64,000 nt of DNA, taken from Candidatus Heimdallarchaeota archaeon. Lineage in GTDB: Archaea; Asgardarchaeota; Heimdallarchaeia; JABLTI01. This document shows positions 28,843-41,200 of this stretch, one piece after another. The notes beneath the pieces were generated by a model. The model was not told the DNA's origin, made no database searches, and saw nothing but the letters and a program-made list of their open reading frames with translations. Position 1 is the first letter of the stretch; every line of letters starts with the position of its first letter. The stretch is taken from positions 128,001-192,000 of the forward strand of contig JABCTZ010000026.1 in assembly GCA_018238155.1 (NCBI GenBank). The letters are read 5' to 3'. Position numbers and translations under genes: made by a program.

Positions 28843-29898
28843 ATGACTAAAAAATCAGGTGAAAAATACTCACTGTTATCAAAAAGTGAACTACAAATAC
28901 TTCTTGAATCAAATAATCGTGACAAAAGAATGCAAGTAATTCACTATTTAGTAGAAACAAAGAGTTCACAATCAGTTGACATTTTATCAAAAATATCAAT
29001 TGCTGATTCAGATCATTTAGTTAGAGAACTTGCAATAATTGGTCTTAGCAATTTCCAATTTGAAGAGTATATAGAATTTTTCGCTGAAATTATTCATTCC
29101 TCTGAAGAGCAAAAAAGCAATGTAAAAGCTAGAGCAATTTGGGCTTTGGGGAAAAGAGATTCTCTACAAGTTTTCAATATCTTAACGAAAGGGTTAAGAG
29201 ATGAAAATGTTGAAATTCAATATTGGAGTATTCGTGGATTACTAAATCAAACAATTGCTTTTCCATTTCAAGAAATTGAAGAAATACTTTTTTCAAGTAA
29301 AACTCATCTAATTCGTCAAACAATCACATGGGCATTAGGAATAATTAAGGATAGAAATTCAGTGAGAATATTAATTGACACATTACTCAGAGACAAAAAT
29401 GCTCACGTTCGAATGAATGCCGCTTGGTCTTTAAGAAATATCGATAATCCGAAATCAATCTCAGGACTCTGCCATGCATTAAATAACGAAGGAAACGAAT
29501 TAACAAAAAGACAAATTGTTATTGCTATTGGTAATATTTTAGATAAATCAAAAGCACAAACTGAAAGAAATTCTGAAGAGTTAGGCAATATAAGAAAAGA
29601 AGCAGTCTTAGCTCTCATAGAAAGAATTCGACGAGATACTTGTTATTATATTCGTAGAGCTTGTGCTGAAGCTCTTGGAAAAGTAGGTGATAAGCAAACT
29701 GTTCCTATTTTAGTTCAAAAATACTCATCAGATGTTAATAAGTTCGTTCGGAAAGAAATTGCTTATGTTTTGGGGATTTTTGGAGATGAGCGTGCTCTAC
29801 CTGTTCTAAGAAAATCTCTTAGAAGTCGTTATAAGCGAGTCGTTGAAGCAGCAAAAATAGCAATTGAACGAATTGAATCAAATTGTGGACAAAATTAA
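28843..29898 (+). CDS. HEAT-repeat (PBS lyase-like) protein
   Basis: Repeated VRxxAxWALG motifs. Confidence 0.88.
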   Translation: MTKKSGEKYSLLSKSELQILLESNNRDKRMQVIHYLVETKSSQSVDILSKISIADSDHLVRELAIIGLSNFQFEEYIEFFAEIIHSSEEQKSNVKARAIWALGKRDSLQVFNILTKGLRDENVEIQYWSIRGLLNQTIAFPFQEIEEILFSSKTHLIRQTITWALGIIKDRNSVRILIDTLLRDKNAHVRMNAAWSLRNIDNPKSISGLCHALNNEGNELTKRQIVIAIGNILDKSKAQTERNSEELGNIRKEAVLALIERIRRDTCYYIRRACAEALGKVGDKQTVPILVQKYSSDVNKFVRKEIAYVLGIFGDERALPVLRKSLRSRYKRVVEAAKIAIERIESNCGQN

Positions 29899-29979
29899 AC
29901 ATTCATATTAATTTGGATTCTTAATAAAACCGAAATAGTTTTATGTAAGACCAATGAAAAATAATTAGTCTTCAGTGTT

Positions 29980-31824
29980 GTGAAATTAAACATGCATCCA
30001 CTATTACGTATTCTCAAATATATGAAAAAGAAAACTCTCTTTGCTATTTGCATAGTTATTTTTACAGCAATAGTGGATTCAGGTTTTACTCTTGCCACAC
30101 CTTATGTTATCAAACAAATTATTAACAGTATTTTTTATGAACAGAATTTTGCTTTAAGATTCTATGCCTTAAAATTGTGGATACCTATTTTTATTGGAAT
30201 AGGTTTTCTCGCATCAATCTTTCGGTTCGTTCAAAGGTATATTAATGAATATATTTCTCAAAATGTCATCTATGATCTCCGAAATAGATTATACTCTAAA
30301 ATTCAGAGACAATCTATCGATTTCTTTGATCGAATGGAAACAGGACAACTAATCTCGAGAGGAACAAGTGATGTCGAAGCAATTCGACGATTACTTAGTA
30401 TTGGTTTGCGAATTTTCTTGAGATCAATCTGTCTCTATATTGGTATTTTCATAATTGTCGGTTTGATGGATTGGAAATTAATGCTGATTTTCGCAGGGTT
30501 TGCACCGATAATGTTCATATCGATGTTTATGTATGCCAAAAGAATTCGTCCATTAATGAGACAAATTCAAAATAAATTTGGTGATATGAATTCCGTTCTT
30601 GCAGAAAATGTTTATGGCTCTCGAGTTGTCAGAGCATTTGCAGCAGAGAAATTCGAGAGTGCAAAGTTTGAAAATGAGAATGAAAAATATTTAAAGTTAA
30701 ATTTAAAGTTGGCAAAATTGCGTGCTTATATTAATACTATTTTTCCATTGCTTCTAACAATAGGATCATTTCTTATTCTATTATTTGGTGGAAGAGCGGT
30801 TCTTGCAGGAACACTCGTTGGCGGTATAGGAACTTTGGTTGCTATTAATAGCTATTTAATTATGATGCGGATGCCAACGCGATTTATGTCATTTGCCATT
30901 TTACACTTACAAGAAGGAACAGCATCTCTTAACAGGATATTTGAAGTTATAGATATGGAAAAGAAAATAATTGAAAAAGATGATGCTATAGAACTACCGA
31001 GAATTTCAGGTAAAATCGAATTTAAAGATGTTACTTTTACTTATATCGAAGGAAATCCTCCTGTATTAAACGAAATAAATTTAACAATTGCACCTGGAGA
31101 AACGATTGCATTCTTAGGAACTACTGGTTCGGGTAAAAGTACGATTGTAAGTTTGATTCCAAGATTTTATGATCCAATTGAAGGTGCAGTTTTCATTGAT
31201 GATGTAGATATACGAGATGTTCAGCTTGAACCTTTCAGAAAGCAAATAGCAATTGTTCAACAAGAAGCATTTCTCTTTGCCAAGACAATAAAAGAAAATA
31301 TTGCTTTTGGTAAACCTGATGCTACAGATGAAGAAATTCTGCGAGTGTCAAAAATTGCTCAAGCTCATGAATTTATTACTTCATTCCCTGATGGTTACGA
31401 TACAGTAGTTGGTGAACGAGGGTTAACTCTTTCAGGTGGACAAAAACAACGTTTGACAATTGCTCGAGCATTGCTTCTAAAAACACCTTTACTAATTATG
31501 GATGATTCTTCAAGTGCTCTTGATTTTGAAACTGAAAACCAATTTCAAATTGCAGTGAGTGAGTTAATTAAAAATAAAACAACATTAATTGTTACTCAGA
31601 GATTATCAACAATAAAGTTTGCAACTAAAATTGTTGTCATGGATAAAGGAAAAATTGTTGAGTTAGGTAAACATGATGAATTGATGAGCAAAGGTGGTCT
31701 CTACAAACACCTCTTTGAAACTCAATTAATCGATCAGCAAAATGCTATGGTATCTTTCAATAAATTGGGTTCAAATTCTAAAGGCTCAGTTGAGAAAACA
31801 AAAAATAATGGAGGACAAAAATAA
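29980..31824 (+). CDS. Heterodimeric ABC exporter subunit (TMD-NBD) with degenerate site
   Basis: GTTGSGKS; LSGGQKQR; degenerate Walker B IMDDSSS and TQR switch. Confidence 0.92.
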   Translation: MKLNMHPLLRILKYMKKKTLFAICIVIFTAIVDSGFTLATPYVIKQIINSIFYEQNFALRFYALKLWIPIFIGIGFLASIFRFVQRYINEYISQNVIYDLRNRLYSKIQRQSIDFFDRMETGQLISRGTSDVEAIRRLLSIGLRIFLRSICLYIGIFIIVGLMDWKLMLIFAGFAPIMFISMFMYAKRIRPLMRQIQNKFGDMNSVLAENVYGSRVVRAFAAEKFESAKFENENEKYLKLNLKLAKLRAYINTIFPLLLTIGSFLILLFGGRAVLAGTLVGGIGTLVAINSYLIMMRMPTRFMSFAILHLQEGTASLNRIFEVIDMEKKIIEKDDAIELPRISGKIEFKDVTFTYIEGNPPVLNEINLTIAPGETIAFLGTTGSGKSTIVSLIPRFYDPIEGAVFIDDVDIRDVQLEPFRKQIAIVQQEAFLFAKTIKENIAFGKPDATDEEILRVSKIAQAHEFITSFPDGYDTVVGERGLTLSGGQKQRLTIARALLLKTPLLIMDDSSSALDFETENQFQIAVSELIKNKTTLIVTQRLSTIKFATKIVVMDKGKIVELGKHDELMSKGGLYKHLFETQLIDQQNAMVSFNKLGSNSKGSVEKTKNNGGQK

Positions 31825-33698
31825 TGGGTTTTGGCGGAGGACAGACTGGCGGTCATTTTGATTCCTTAATTGAGGAAGAAGAACAAAAACAAAGAGCACG
31901 AGTAACTTCGGATAAAAATCTAGGTAAATGGATTCTAGGTTATTTAAAAGACTATAAAGGAATGGTTATACTAGCAATAATCTTAGTAGTGATTAGTGCC
32001 ATAATAGGTCTTGTTGCACCACAAATTTTACGATTTATTATAGACGGTGTTTTAGGAGAAAAATATCTTTTATTTGCAGAAGATAGAGATAAATGGTTAT
32101 TAATCTTAGCGCTATCCTTACTTGTTGTTGCAATTGTTAGCTCTACAATAGACATCTTTAGGATTTTCCTTCTTTACAAAATTGGCTATCATACAGTTAA
32201 AAAAATCCGAACAGATTCATTCAATCATCTTCAGAGCCTCTCAATGAAATATATTGACCAGCAAGAAACTGGTAGGCTTATTTCCAAAGTAACAAACGAT
32301 TGTGATAAAATTAACGAGTTAATGAGCGGTGGGATTATCACCTCTCTAATAGATTTCATTACTTTGATTGGTGTAAGCATTGTTTTGCTCTGGATGAATT
32401 GGGAATTAGCTCTCTGGGTTTTTCTATTTTCAATTCCAACAACGCTACTTATCAGTTGGTCTTTCAAAAAACGAGCACGAAAAGCATATCGAAAAACAAG
32501 AAAGACAATAGCAAATGTTACAGCTAATCTTTCTGAAAGTATTTCTGGAGCAAAAATATCAAAATCATTCAGTAGAGAAGGAAAAAACATCAAAGATTTT
32601 GATACTGTAAATAAAGAAAACAAAAAAGCTAACATGAAAGCAATTGCGGTTTTTGCAACTACTTTTCCACTCTTCAATTTCCTAGCGGCAGCAGTAACAG
32701 GATTTGTTTACTTTTATGGTGGATACACAATGATGTTCAATTCGATGCATGTCCCACTAACTATTGGTGTTGCTATAGCTTTCACATCGTATGTTGGTAT
32801 CTTCTTCAGACCAATTCTCAATTTAACTATGTTTTATAATACATTTCAATCAACCATGGCTGCAACAGAAAGAGTTTATGAATTAAACCACATAATTCCA
32901 GATGTATTAGAAAAAGAGAATGCAATTGAATTACCAGAAATATCTGGTAGCGTGAAATTTAATGATGTTGTTTTTGGTTACAAAGAAAACGAACTAGTAC
33001 TTAATGGGTTTAATTTGGATGTTCAACCTGGAGAAACAATAGCAATTGTTGGACCGACGGGAGCTGGCAAAACAACAATTATCAATCTTCTTGTTCGCTT
33101 CTATGAGATACAAGAAGGATCAATATCAGTTGATGATCACAATATTCAAGATATCACATTAGATTCATTACGCCGTCAGATTGGCGTTGTTTTACAAGAT
33201 CCTTATTTATTTTCAGGAACTATTGCAGAAAACATCTCTTATAGTCTGAAGGATGTTCCTATGGAAGATATCCAACAAGCAGCTTATGCTGTTAATGCTA
33301 ATGAATTCATTGATAGAATGCCCAATGGATATAATACTGCTGTGGGAGAACGTGGAAGTAGACTTTCAGTAGGGCAAAGACAGCTTATTTCCTTTGCTCG
33401 AGCTTTATTATCAAATCCAAAAATTCTTGTGCTAGATGAAGCAACATCCTCTGTTGATCCTTACACAGAAATTATTATTAAAAGAGCATTAGACAAGCTT
33501 CTCACGAGTAGGACATCATTCATAATTGCTCATAGATTATCAACTGTAAGAACAGCTGATAGAATCATTGTTATTCGTGATGGAGAAATTATAGAAGAAG
33601 GAACAAATGATGAGCTTCTTAGTAAAAAAGGTGAATATTATCATCTCTATCAATTACAATTCAAAGATCAGGAAGAAGAAGAAAACGGTGAAAAGTAG
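31824..33698 (+). CDS. Heterodimeric ABC exporter subunit (TMD-NBD) with consensus Walker B
   Basis: GPTGAGKT; LSVGQRQ; VLDEATS; AHR; start overlaps the partner's stop (TM287/288-type pair). Confidence 0.92.
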   Translation: MGFGGGQTGGHFDSLIEEEEQKQRARVTSDKNLGKWILGYLKDYKGMVILAIILVVISAIIGLVAPQILRFIIDGVLGEKYLLFAEDRDKWLLILALSLLVVAIVSSTIDIFRIFLLYKIGYHTVKKIRTDSFNHLQSLSMKYIDQQETGRLISKVTNDCDKINELMSGGIITSLIDFITLIGVSIVLLWMNWELALWVFLFSIPTTLLISWSFKKRARKAYRKTRKTIANVTANLSESISGAKISKSFSREGKNIKDFDTVNKENKKANMKAIAVFATTFPLFNFLAAAVTGFVYFYGGYTMMFNSMHVPLTIGVAIAFTSYVGIFFRPILNLTMFYNTFQSTMAATERVYELNHIIPDVLEKENAIELPEISGSVKFNDVVFGYKENELVLNGFNLDVQPGETIAIVGPTGAGKTTIINLLVRFYEIQEGSISVDDHNIQDITLDSLRRQIGVVLQDPYLFSGTIAENISYSLKDVPMEDIQQAAYAVNANEFIDRMPNGYNTAVGERGSRLSVGQRQLISFARALLSNPKILVLDEATSSVDPYTEIIIKRALDKLLTSRTSFIIAHRLSTVRTADRIIVIRDGEIIEEGTNDELLSKKGEYYHLYQLQFKDQEEEENGEK

Positions 33699-33763
33699 TA
33701 ACAATTTTCGTATATTATTTTCTAGTTAAAAAATTAGACATTAAATTAAAAGGAAACAGAATC

Positions 33764-35155
33764 TTGAATATAAAATTCATTTCGAAAGTTGGAAGCTATT
33801 TACCGCCCAAAAATCTTTTACCTTTATTATTTGGTTATTCAATTGATCATATTGCACTTTCAACTTACTGGATTTTTTTTGGTATCTGGCTAAATGATAG
33901 TCTTATAGGACCTAATGAAACTATACCCTATCAATATCTATTACTAGCAGTTATTTTAGCCACTCCAGCTATCGTTTCTATTATTGGCACATCGATATTC
34001 AGTTCATTATCAGATAAAATTGGTCGCAGAAAAGAGATTATGTTACTTTCAAGATTATTATTAATGGTTCAATACATTCTACTGATATTCTTTGGTAGCT
34101 CTACGTTGAATGTTATTTTAATCCTAGGTACCTTTGGTTTATTCACTCAAATGTTCTATACAATGCATAGCGCATTATTAACATCAATTTGTCACCCTGA
34201 TAAAAGGGGACAAGTATCTAGTTTTCAAGTTCTTTTTGCTAGCTTTGGATGGATGATTGGCAGTGGTGTTTCAAGTCTTATCTACAGTTCATTTGACATT
34301 GTAGGAAGCCTTGGATTTGCTGCGGCGTTTGCTCTTCTTGCTGGTGTGATTGTTATGTTTTCACCTGCAAAACCATGGAATCATAAAGAATTGATACAAA
34401 AATCTATTGACGTTTCTATTGAGAGTGAAGAGCTTCTCATTAGTGAGATACAAGAGAAAGAGTCATCTCCAACTAAAATAGAAATAACAAATTTGCGAAC
34501 TGCAGCAGAAATCGTTCCTGAAAAGAAAAAACTTACAGCTTCGTACTGGCAGATTTTCAAAAGAAAAGAAGTTTTAAGCTTGTTAATTTCTCTTGCAATC
34601 GTTGATTTCGGATTTGGACCATTCAATGTTGTGGGGAATGTTTTTTTGAAAGAAGTTGGTTTAACAGATGATAATATTTCAGTAGCTAATGTGATTGCAA
34701 CGTTTCTGGGTATGCTAATGTTATTATTTATTGGTAAAGCTCTTGACAAAAGAGGGAGAAGACCAATCTTCTTAGTTGCCATTATTACTTATCCTATTCT
34801 TTATGGTCTTATATTTGCACTTATCAGTTTTCCAATCGCAATGTTCATCCTTTATCTCTATCCATTATACGCTTTGAAGGTCCCTGCTTCTAATGCAATT
34901 ATGTCTGATCTCACAACAGAAGATGAACGCGCAAGGGGGATGAGTTTAATTCAGTTTGAACAAATAATTTTTGCTAATTCAGGAGCGTTCTTAGCTTGTT
35001 TTATTGCAGACATATCAGCACAAGGGATATTTATTATTCCTATCTTTCCATTTGCATTTGGGATAATAGCGGTGATAGTTTCATTTCTAATCATGAAAGA
35101 AACTGACAAAAAATTATTATTACAAAGAAAAGGAAAAAGTGAACCTGTTAGTTAG
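33764..35155 (+). CDS. Major facilitator superfamily transporter
   Basis: SLSDKIGRRK and ALDKRGRR motif A; about 12 TMs. Confidence 0.9.
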   Translation: MNIKFISKVGSYLPPKNLLPLLFGYSIDHIALSTYWIFFGIWLNDSLIGPNETIPYQYLLLAVILATPAIVSIIGTSIFSSLSDKIGRRKEIMLLSRLLLMVQYILLIFFGSSTLNVILILGTFGLFTQMFYTMHSALLTSICHPDKRGQVSSFQVLFASFGWMIGSGVSSLIYSSFDIVGSLGFAAAFALLAGVIVMFSPAKPWNHKELIQKSIDVSIESEELLISEIQEKESSPTKIEITNLRTAAEIVPEKKKLTASYWQIFKRKEVLSLLISLAIVDFGFGPFNVVGNVFLKEVGLTDDNISVANVIATFLGMLMLLFIGKALDKRGRRPIFLVAIITYPILYGLIFALISFPIAMFILYLYPLYALKVPASNAIMSDLTTEDERARGMSLIQFEQIIFANSGAFLACFIADISAQGIFIIPIFPFAFGIIAVIVSFLIMKETDKKLLLQRKGKSEPVS

Positions 35156-35216
35156 TTGGTTAGTATGGTAGTCAATTATACTACTGCTGCTTACTAAGAG
35201 TTTCACGATACATTGA
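35156..35216. terminator. Imperfect hairpin between convergent genes
   Basis: TTAGTA..GGTAGT/ACTACT..TACTAA inverted arms. Confidence 0.35.
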
Positions 35217-38200
35217 TTATGATTCCAATGCTTTTTCCACTACTTCTTCACAAGAAATTTCTCTTAAAACTTCCTTAATGATATCAGGAGGAATCTCTAG
35301 TTTAGTTGCAATTTTCATTGGGTCAAACATTGGATCTTTCTTTCGCTCTTTTTTCGCTATTAGAGAAATCTCAGCTTTCAACCGTTCGATAGAAAAGAAA
35401 ATTGTCTGAGTGTTATTTAATACAGACATATAAAATGATGATTTGAATTCCCTTCGAATAATAGATGCAGCATCATTTGGTTGTATTTGAAACTCTTTCA
35501 CAAGATTATCGACTTCAATCCGACCCCAAAGCTCGAATTCTGAATAAAAGTAATCCCGGATAATTTTGATTTTTTGTAGAGAAATAAAAACATCTTTGTT
35601 TACTAATTGTCCAGCTATTTTTCGCCTATTTACCAAACTTTGGATAAGATATTCTGATAATGCTAATGACCGATCGGTTGTTGAGAATATTGTTCTATCA
35701 AATATTCCCTTAAGTGATAAATCATAAACAATTCTATTTCTTATTGAATTCATAATTCGTCTAATTCTTCCATGTGAAACAAACGGCAGTGCAGCAATAA
35801 CATTCCAAGCTTCATCTACTTCTGATTTATTGATCAACTTGAGTGTCTTCGAGATGCTTTTCAAGAACTTTGACTTTTTCATTTCTGTTAATTCCATTAC
35901 CCTCAAGAAAATGGTTTCCAATGAGTCCATGTCGCAACTTGCCATTCTATTTACAGCAATCTTGGTTAGCAACTCTGTTATTATTGATTCAGTGTTTTTT
36001 CTCGTGTTAACTATTCGAATATACTTCAACAAGGCATTATCATATGCATTTGCTGCTTCCTTTACTGCGCCAATATCTTCCAGCGTTTTTCCAGCTAGAG
36101 AAATAAATTTGAAGGTTAGATTTGAGGGTATTCGTGGTTGATCAATAAAAGCTATTCCTCTGTTGAAACATTTTGTAGCAATTTCTTGAGCTCGAGGATA
36201 AGCTTTCCGACGAATCGCTGAATCAGATGCAATTTGATAACACTTATAGGCTATTGTTACATCTGCATCCCATTCTCGCGTTTGGAATATTGTGCTAATC
36301 AATCTGCTTGAGCTTTCTTCATCTTTTGCATGATCAAAAGCTTCTACTGCGATTTCATAGAAATCCATTGCTTCGTGAATTTTTCCATCACGAATAACTT
36401 TATCACCAGAGTTCAGAGCAAACATGCCAATGTTTCTTAATTCAGCGTCTATACCTAATTCACTGTTCAATTTGACAGCTGCTTCTGCAAAAGCCATTGA
36501 ATCAGAGTATTTTTTCTTTTGGAAAAGTTCATTTGCAGTTTTGAAAACTGACGCTGCATAATGAATTGCTTTATTTCTACTCACTAAATCAATTAATATT
36601 ATGCCGGCATGCCTAAACTTATATGAAGCATCTTTGTTCCCTTTTCGAAGATATTTCTGTTCATTCTTCTCTACATCAACTAGTATCTTCTCTAGCTGTG
36701 CTTCATTTCTTGTGAGAGCTAATATTCGCATTAATAGTTCCACAATTTTCTTACCCAAAGAATAATTATTTTCATTTTTGGATAGTTTTTCTCCTAAACT
36801 GATTAATGCTTCAAGATAATTGCCTATTTTTTCATAAGTCACCATTGCTTTGTTTGAATTTGGCACTTCGAATGCTTCGAGACCATCAATAATGTCCTCA
36901 AGTGTAGAGAGAGCTGTTCGAGGGTTTTGTATGAATAACTGTTTGGCGAAATCCAACATTGCCATTGTTGTAGTTTCCATTAGTAAATCACTTTGAGTTC
37001 TAATAGAAATATCTCGTGCGGTTAACAATGCCTCGTAACCTCTTATCGAATGAAAGTTATTGATGAGATCTTTTGATCCAAGTTTAACGAATTCAAAACC
37101 AACTTTTTCTATATATTCAATACTATTATTTTCCATATACATTTGATAGCTAAATCCAAGCATACGGTAACTAATGTCTAATGGCGTTTCAGGATTGAAT
37201 TTCGAAATTTGTTCAAAACATTCATCTCCAATGTGCAATAATAATTCAGGTATTTGTTCTTCTAAGGCGATTTTCACTGCGAAATCTAAGTAGAAGTATC
37301 CAAGCGGTGAAGAACTGTTCGTCAAAATATCAGCATTTGCTCGTTTCATCAACAATGAAACTAATAGCGAAATCTTTTCTAGGTCATTTGTTTTCTTGAA
37401 AAATTCAACAGCATCTCGAGTAATTTTTCCAATCATATTCCATTCTGCAATGATTGTTGCTTTTAGAGCTTCAATATATGTCTCAGCAACTTTTTCATGC
37501 ATTAATTCAACAGCAATTGGATTGTTTGTTATTAATTCGAGGACCTTTGCTCCTGCAAGAGAATGCTTGTTTCTAATCGTTTCTAGGGCCAGAGTAAAAC
37601 TTAAATTAATAATTCTAGTGTTTTCTTCAGGATCAGGACTGCTCGTTGCTAAATCAAATGCTCTGTTTAAGAAGAAAATACCAATTGATGATTTTCTGTT
37701 TGGGAGATTTTTACCTGCTGCATTTAAGTAAATAGTAATTATTGATGCAAGCAAATCAAATTGCCCTATTCGTTCGACTAAAATTCTACCGCGTTCTAAA
37801 ATATGAACTGCTTTGGTTAATTCATTTCGTTCCATTAATTTTCGAGCAGAATCAATTGATTGCTTTGTTGATACAGATGCCGATTCAGCATTATTATCTT
37901 GCAGATAGTAATTAACTGCATCTTCAGAATATTTAATTGAATCTTCAATTTTCTCTGCACTAAAGTACATTGCAGAGACGATGGAACAAATATCTCCTGC
38001 CCTTGTGAAAGCTTTCGCACTATCAAAAAGATGAATAGCCATAATATAAATCTCTATAGCTAAAGAAGCATTACTATTTGTTGTTTCAGATCCTTTCTTA
38101 TATGCAATTTCACCTAACTCTATACAACCAACAATGTTTTGAGCTTGTTTTTCAATCTCAACTGCTTTATTTATTGCTAAATGACCACTATCAATAAAGC

Positions 38201-41200
38201 TAGTTTCTAAGAGTAAAAACCCGGAAGTTAAGTAACTTTTAGCTGCTTCATGAGCACCCTCTAAATCATTGGCTATTTTTGCTGCAAGGTCAATTAATGC
38301 AATGCAATTTTTTTCATCACCTTTAGCAATAAAATTCTGACTCATAGATAGACAAAGACTCTTCCCTTTTTCGCTGTTTTTCGCTTTTTGATAAAATTCT
38401 ACTGCAGTGATTATAAAATTCATTGTTAATTCATATTCTTCTTTTGAGAACAGATTTGCAGAAATATTTGTAATGGTGTCTCCAAGGTGAGTCAATTGTT
38501 CTTTATCTTTTTCAAGAATAGTTAGAATTTGTTTGAAGGCATTATTTGTGGAATTGTGCATTCCTGCAGCCATGAGTGTTTCTACTCTTTTATTGTGAAT
38601 TTCCATTGCATATTCCATATTTGTTGAAACACTGAAATTGAAAACTTGTTCCCACAGATTTTCTCCTTCCATTATTTTTCCTTTCTTTATTACTTCAATT
38701 GCCTTATCAACTAATACACCAATAGCTTTCTTTTGTTCCTCTAAATTACCTGTCTGTTGATGGACGGTTACTATTTGCCCGATAACAATTGAAGCATGGT
38801 CGTAATCTTTCATTTTAAAGAGTAAATCACCAATTTCTTCTAAAATTTTCACTGCAGCACCACTTTCATCAGCAACCATTAGTGAGTCGGATGCGAGAAG
38901 AACTAATTTTACCCCTTCAACAATATTGTTCATTTTAAGTAAAGAATTACAAGATTTCATATACACTTCAGAAGCATTTATTGGTTGTCCTAAGCGCATA
39001 AACACATTTGTTGCAAGATCAACCAACTTTATCCCAATTTCAAACATTCCCTCCAATAACAATTTACTTGCCAACTCAGAAAGATCTTTTGCTAATTCAG
39101 GAGATTTAATTGTTTCATTTTCTTGTTCCAATATTTGGACAACTTGAGTGAAAATTTTCAATGCGTCTTTATAGTCATTAATTACAGTAAATGCTTGTGC
39201 TTGTTTTAGATAAATGTCTACTTCTTCTTCTAGAAGTTTAGCGCTTTTACTGAGATCAATTGCAATTTCAAAACAACTTATTGCAAAATCTCTATTGTCT
39301 GCAGGATTAGCAGTGAGTGATTTTACACCTATTTCAGTTGTTTTTTGAATGGAGGTTTTTAGTTTCTCAACATTCTTTGAGTCAATATAGGATTTATTAG
39401 CTAAAGTAACTTGTTTTAATGCATCTTTCCATAAGCTACGTAAAATATTAACTTCTGTAAGTGAGAGAAACGCATCACCAGATCGTTCTATATCATTTAT
39501 TTCAATGAAGATTTGAGCGCCAGTTTCTATTAATTCAATACCTGTTACAAAATTTTCAATTTCAATGAACGCATTTCCTTGTGCAAGAGCAGCTTCTCCT
39601 GCTTCACCTAATTTTCCAACTTGTCTAAGAACTTTAACTCCTTCATTAATAAATTCAGTAGCTTCAACTAGCATTTCATTTTTATCTCTTAAAGCTGCTC
39701 CTTGAACCACAATTAGTCTTCCTAATTTGCTCATATAATCCTTCTCGCCCTCAAGATTATTCTTTGCAAAATCATAAAATTCTCTTACGCTGTATAAATC
39801 TTTCAAATCCAAAAAATGAGTTGTTGCATTTAAAAGAATCAAATCTTGGGCTTCAAGGTCTACTAATGAGCTAAATTCCATAGCAGCAATAAAGAGATGT
39901 TTTGCCGATAATCTTTCATCTTTTTGTAGCTCCATTGTTGCTACTTTGGAGCAAAACTTAGCTATTTCAGTAACCGGTTTGTTCTTAGCTTGTGCTAAAT
40001 ACGAACCAACAGCTTTTCGCAGTTGTTCAATACCTTCGTTAGTAAAAGAATATTCAATTAGTAATTTACCGGCGGTCGAAACTTTTTCGGCAAATTCTTT
40101 TGGTGATTTTTCATTTGTTAAAATTTTTGAAACTTGAATTAGTAATTCCTTAGCAATTTCTAGTTGCTGTTGTTTGTAGTAGAGTTGACCAATATCTATC
40201 ATAATAATTGCAGCAGAAATAAATTCTTCTAATTTAATATAAAGCTCTAAGGAACAATCAATAAAAGACTTCGCTATTACCAAGTCTTCATTAGTAGAAA
40301 TCATGTTTTTACCAATTTTAGTTGCTTTCCCTGCAAGTATTTTGGATTCCTGTGGATATGAAATATCCAAAATTTGCAACGCTTGAGAAAGAGTTTCGAA
40401 AGCTATAAGATAACGACCATTTTCTAAAGCATGCTCAGAAAATTCTGAAAGAATTTTTGATTCTGTGAGCAAATCTTTTTCATGAGCACATTGTGCAGCA
40501 TTAAATATTAAGAAACGGGAGTTTTCTTCATCACCTTTTATCAGGAGGTTTTTAGCTGTAATAACCAAAGGTGTAAGGGATGAAATAATTTTATCTTCTT
40601 GCTTAGCTACTTTGAATAATTTTGCAGAGTCTATTAAATGAACTGAAGCAGATTTGTAGATTTCTAATCTTAGAAGAGCTTCACCAATAATTTTATTTGA
40701 ATCTGCTGCACCAATTTGATCACCTGCTTTAATCAGAAAGCCAATTGCTTTTCTTGAATAGTCCTCTGCCTCATCAATATGGTTTGTTTTGACAAGTTCT
40801 ATAGCAATTGAAGTGAGATTCTTTCCAATTTGCTCATGAGCATCAATTCCTTCCAATATTTCTGTTATACTCTCAACAAATAGTAAAGCATTTGATAAAT
40901 CTTGATTTTTAAGTAATGTTGTAGCAGTTTTATAGATAGCATTTGTACCTTTGGAAAAATTTTTCGTATCCTCTGCTAAGAGATATGATTTAACTGAGTT
41001 TAACATATTTTCCAAAGTAAGGTTGAGTTTTCCTCTTTTGAGCATTTCATCTGCTTTTTCAGATAATTTATCTCCAAGATAAACAGAATCTATTGCTTCA
41101 AACTGATCTATCAGAGAATAAAATTCTAACCCAGTTTCAAATTTGCTCTTTGCATCAAGCAAGCCTTTTGCAAGTTTGAGTATGTCATCAGCTATTATGA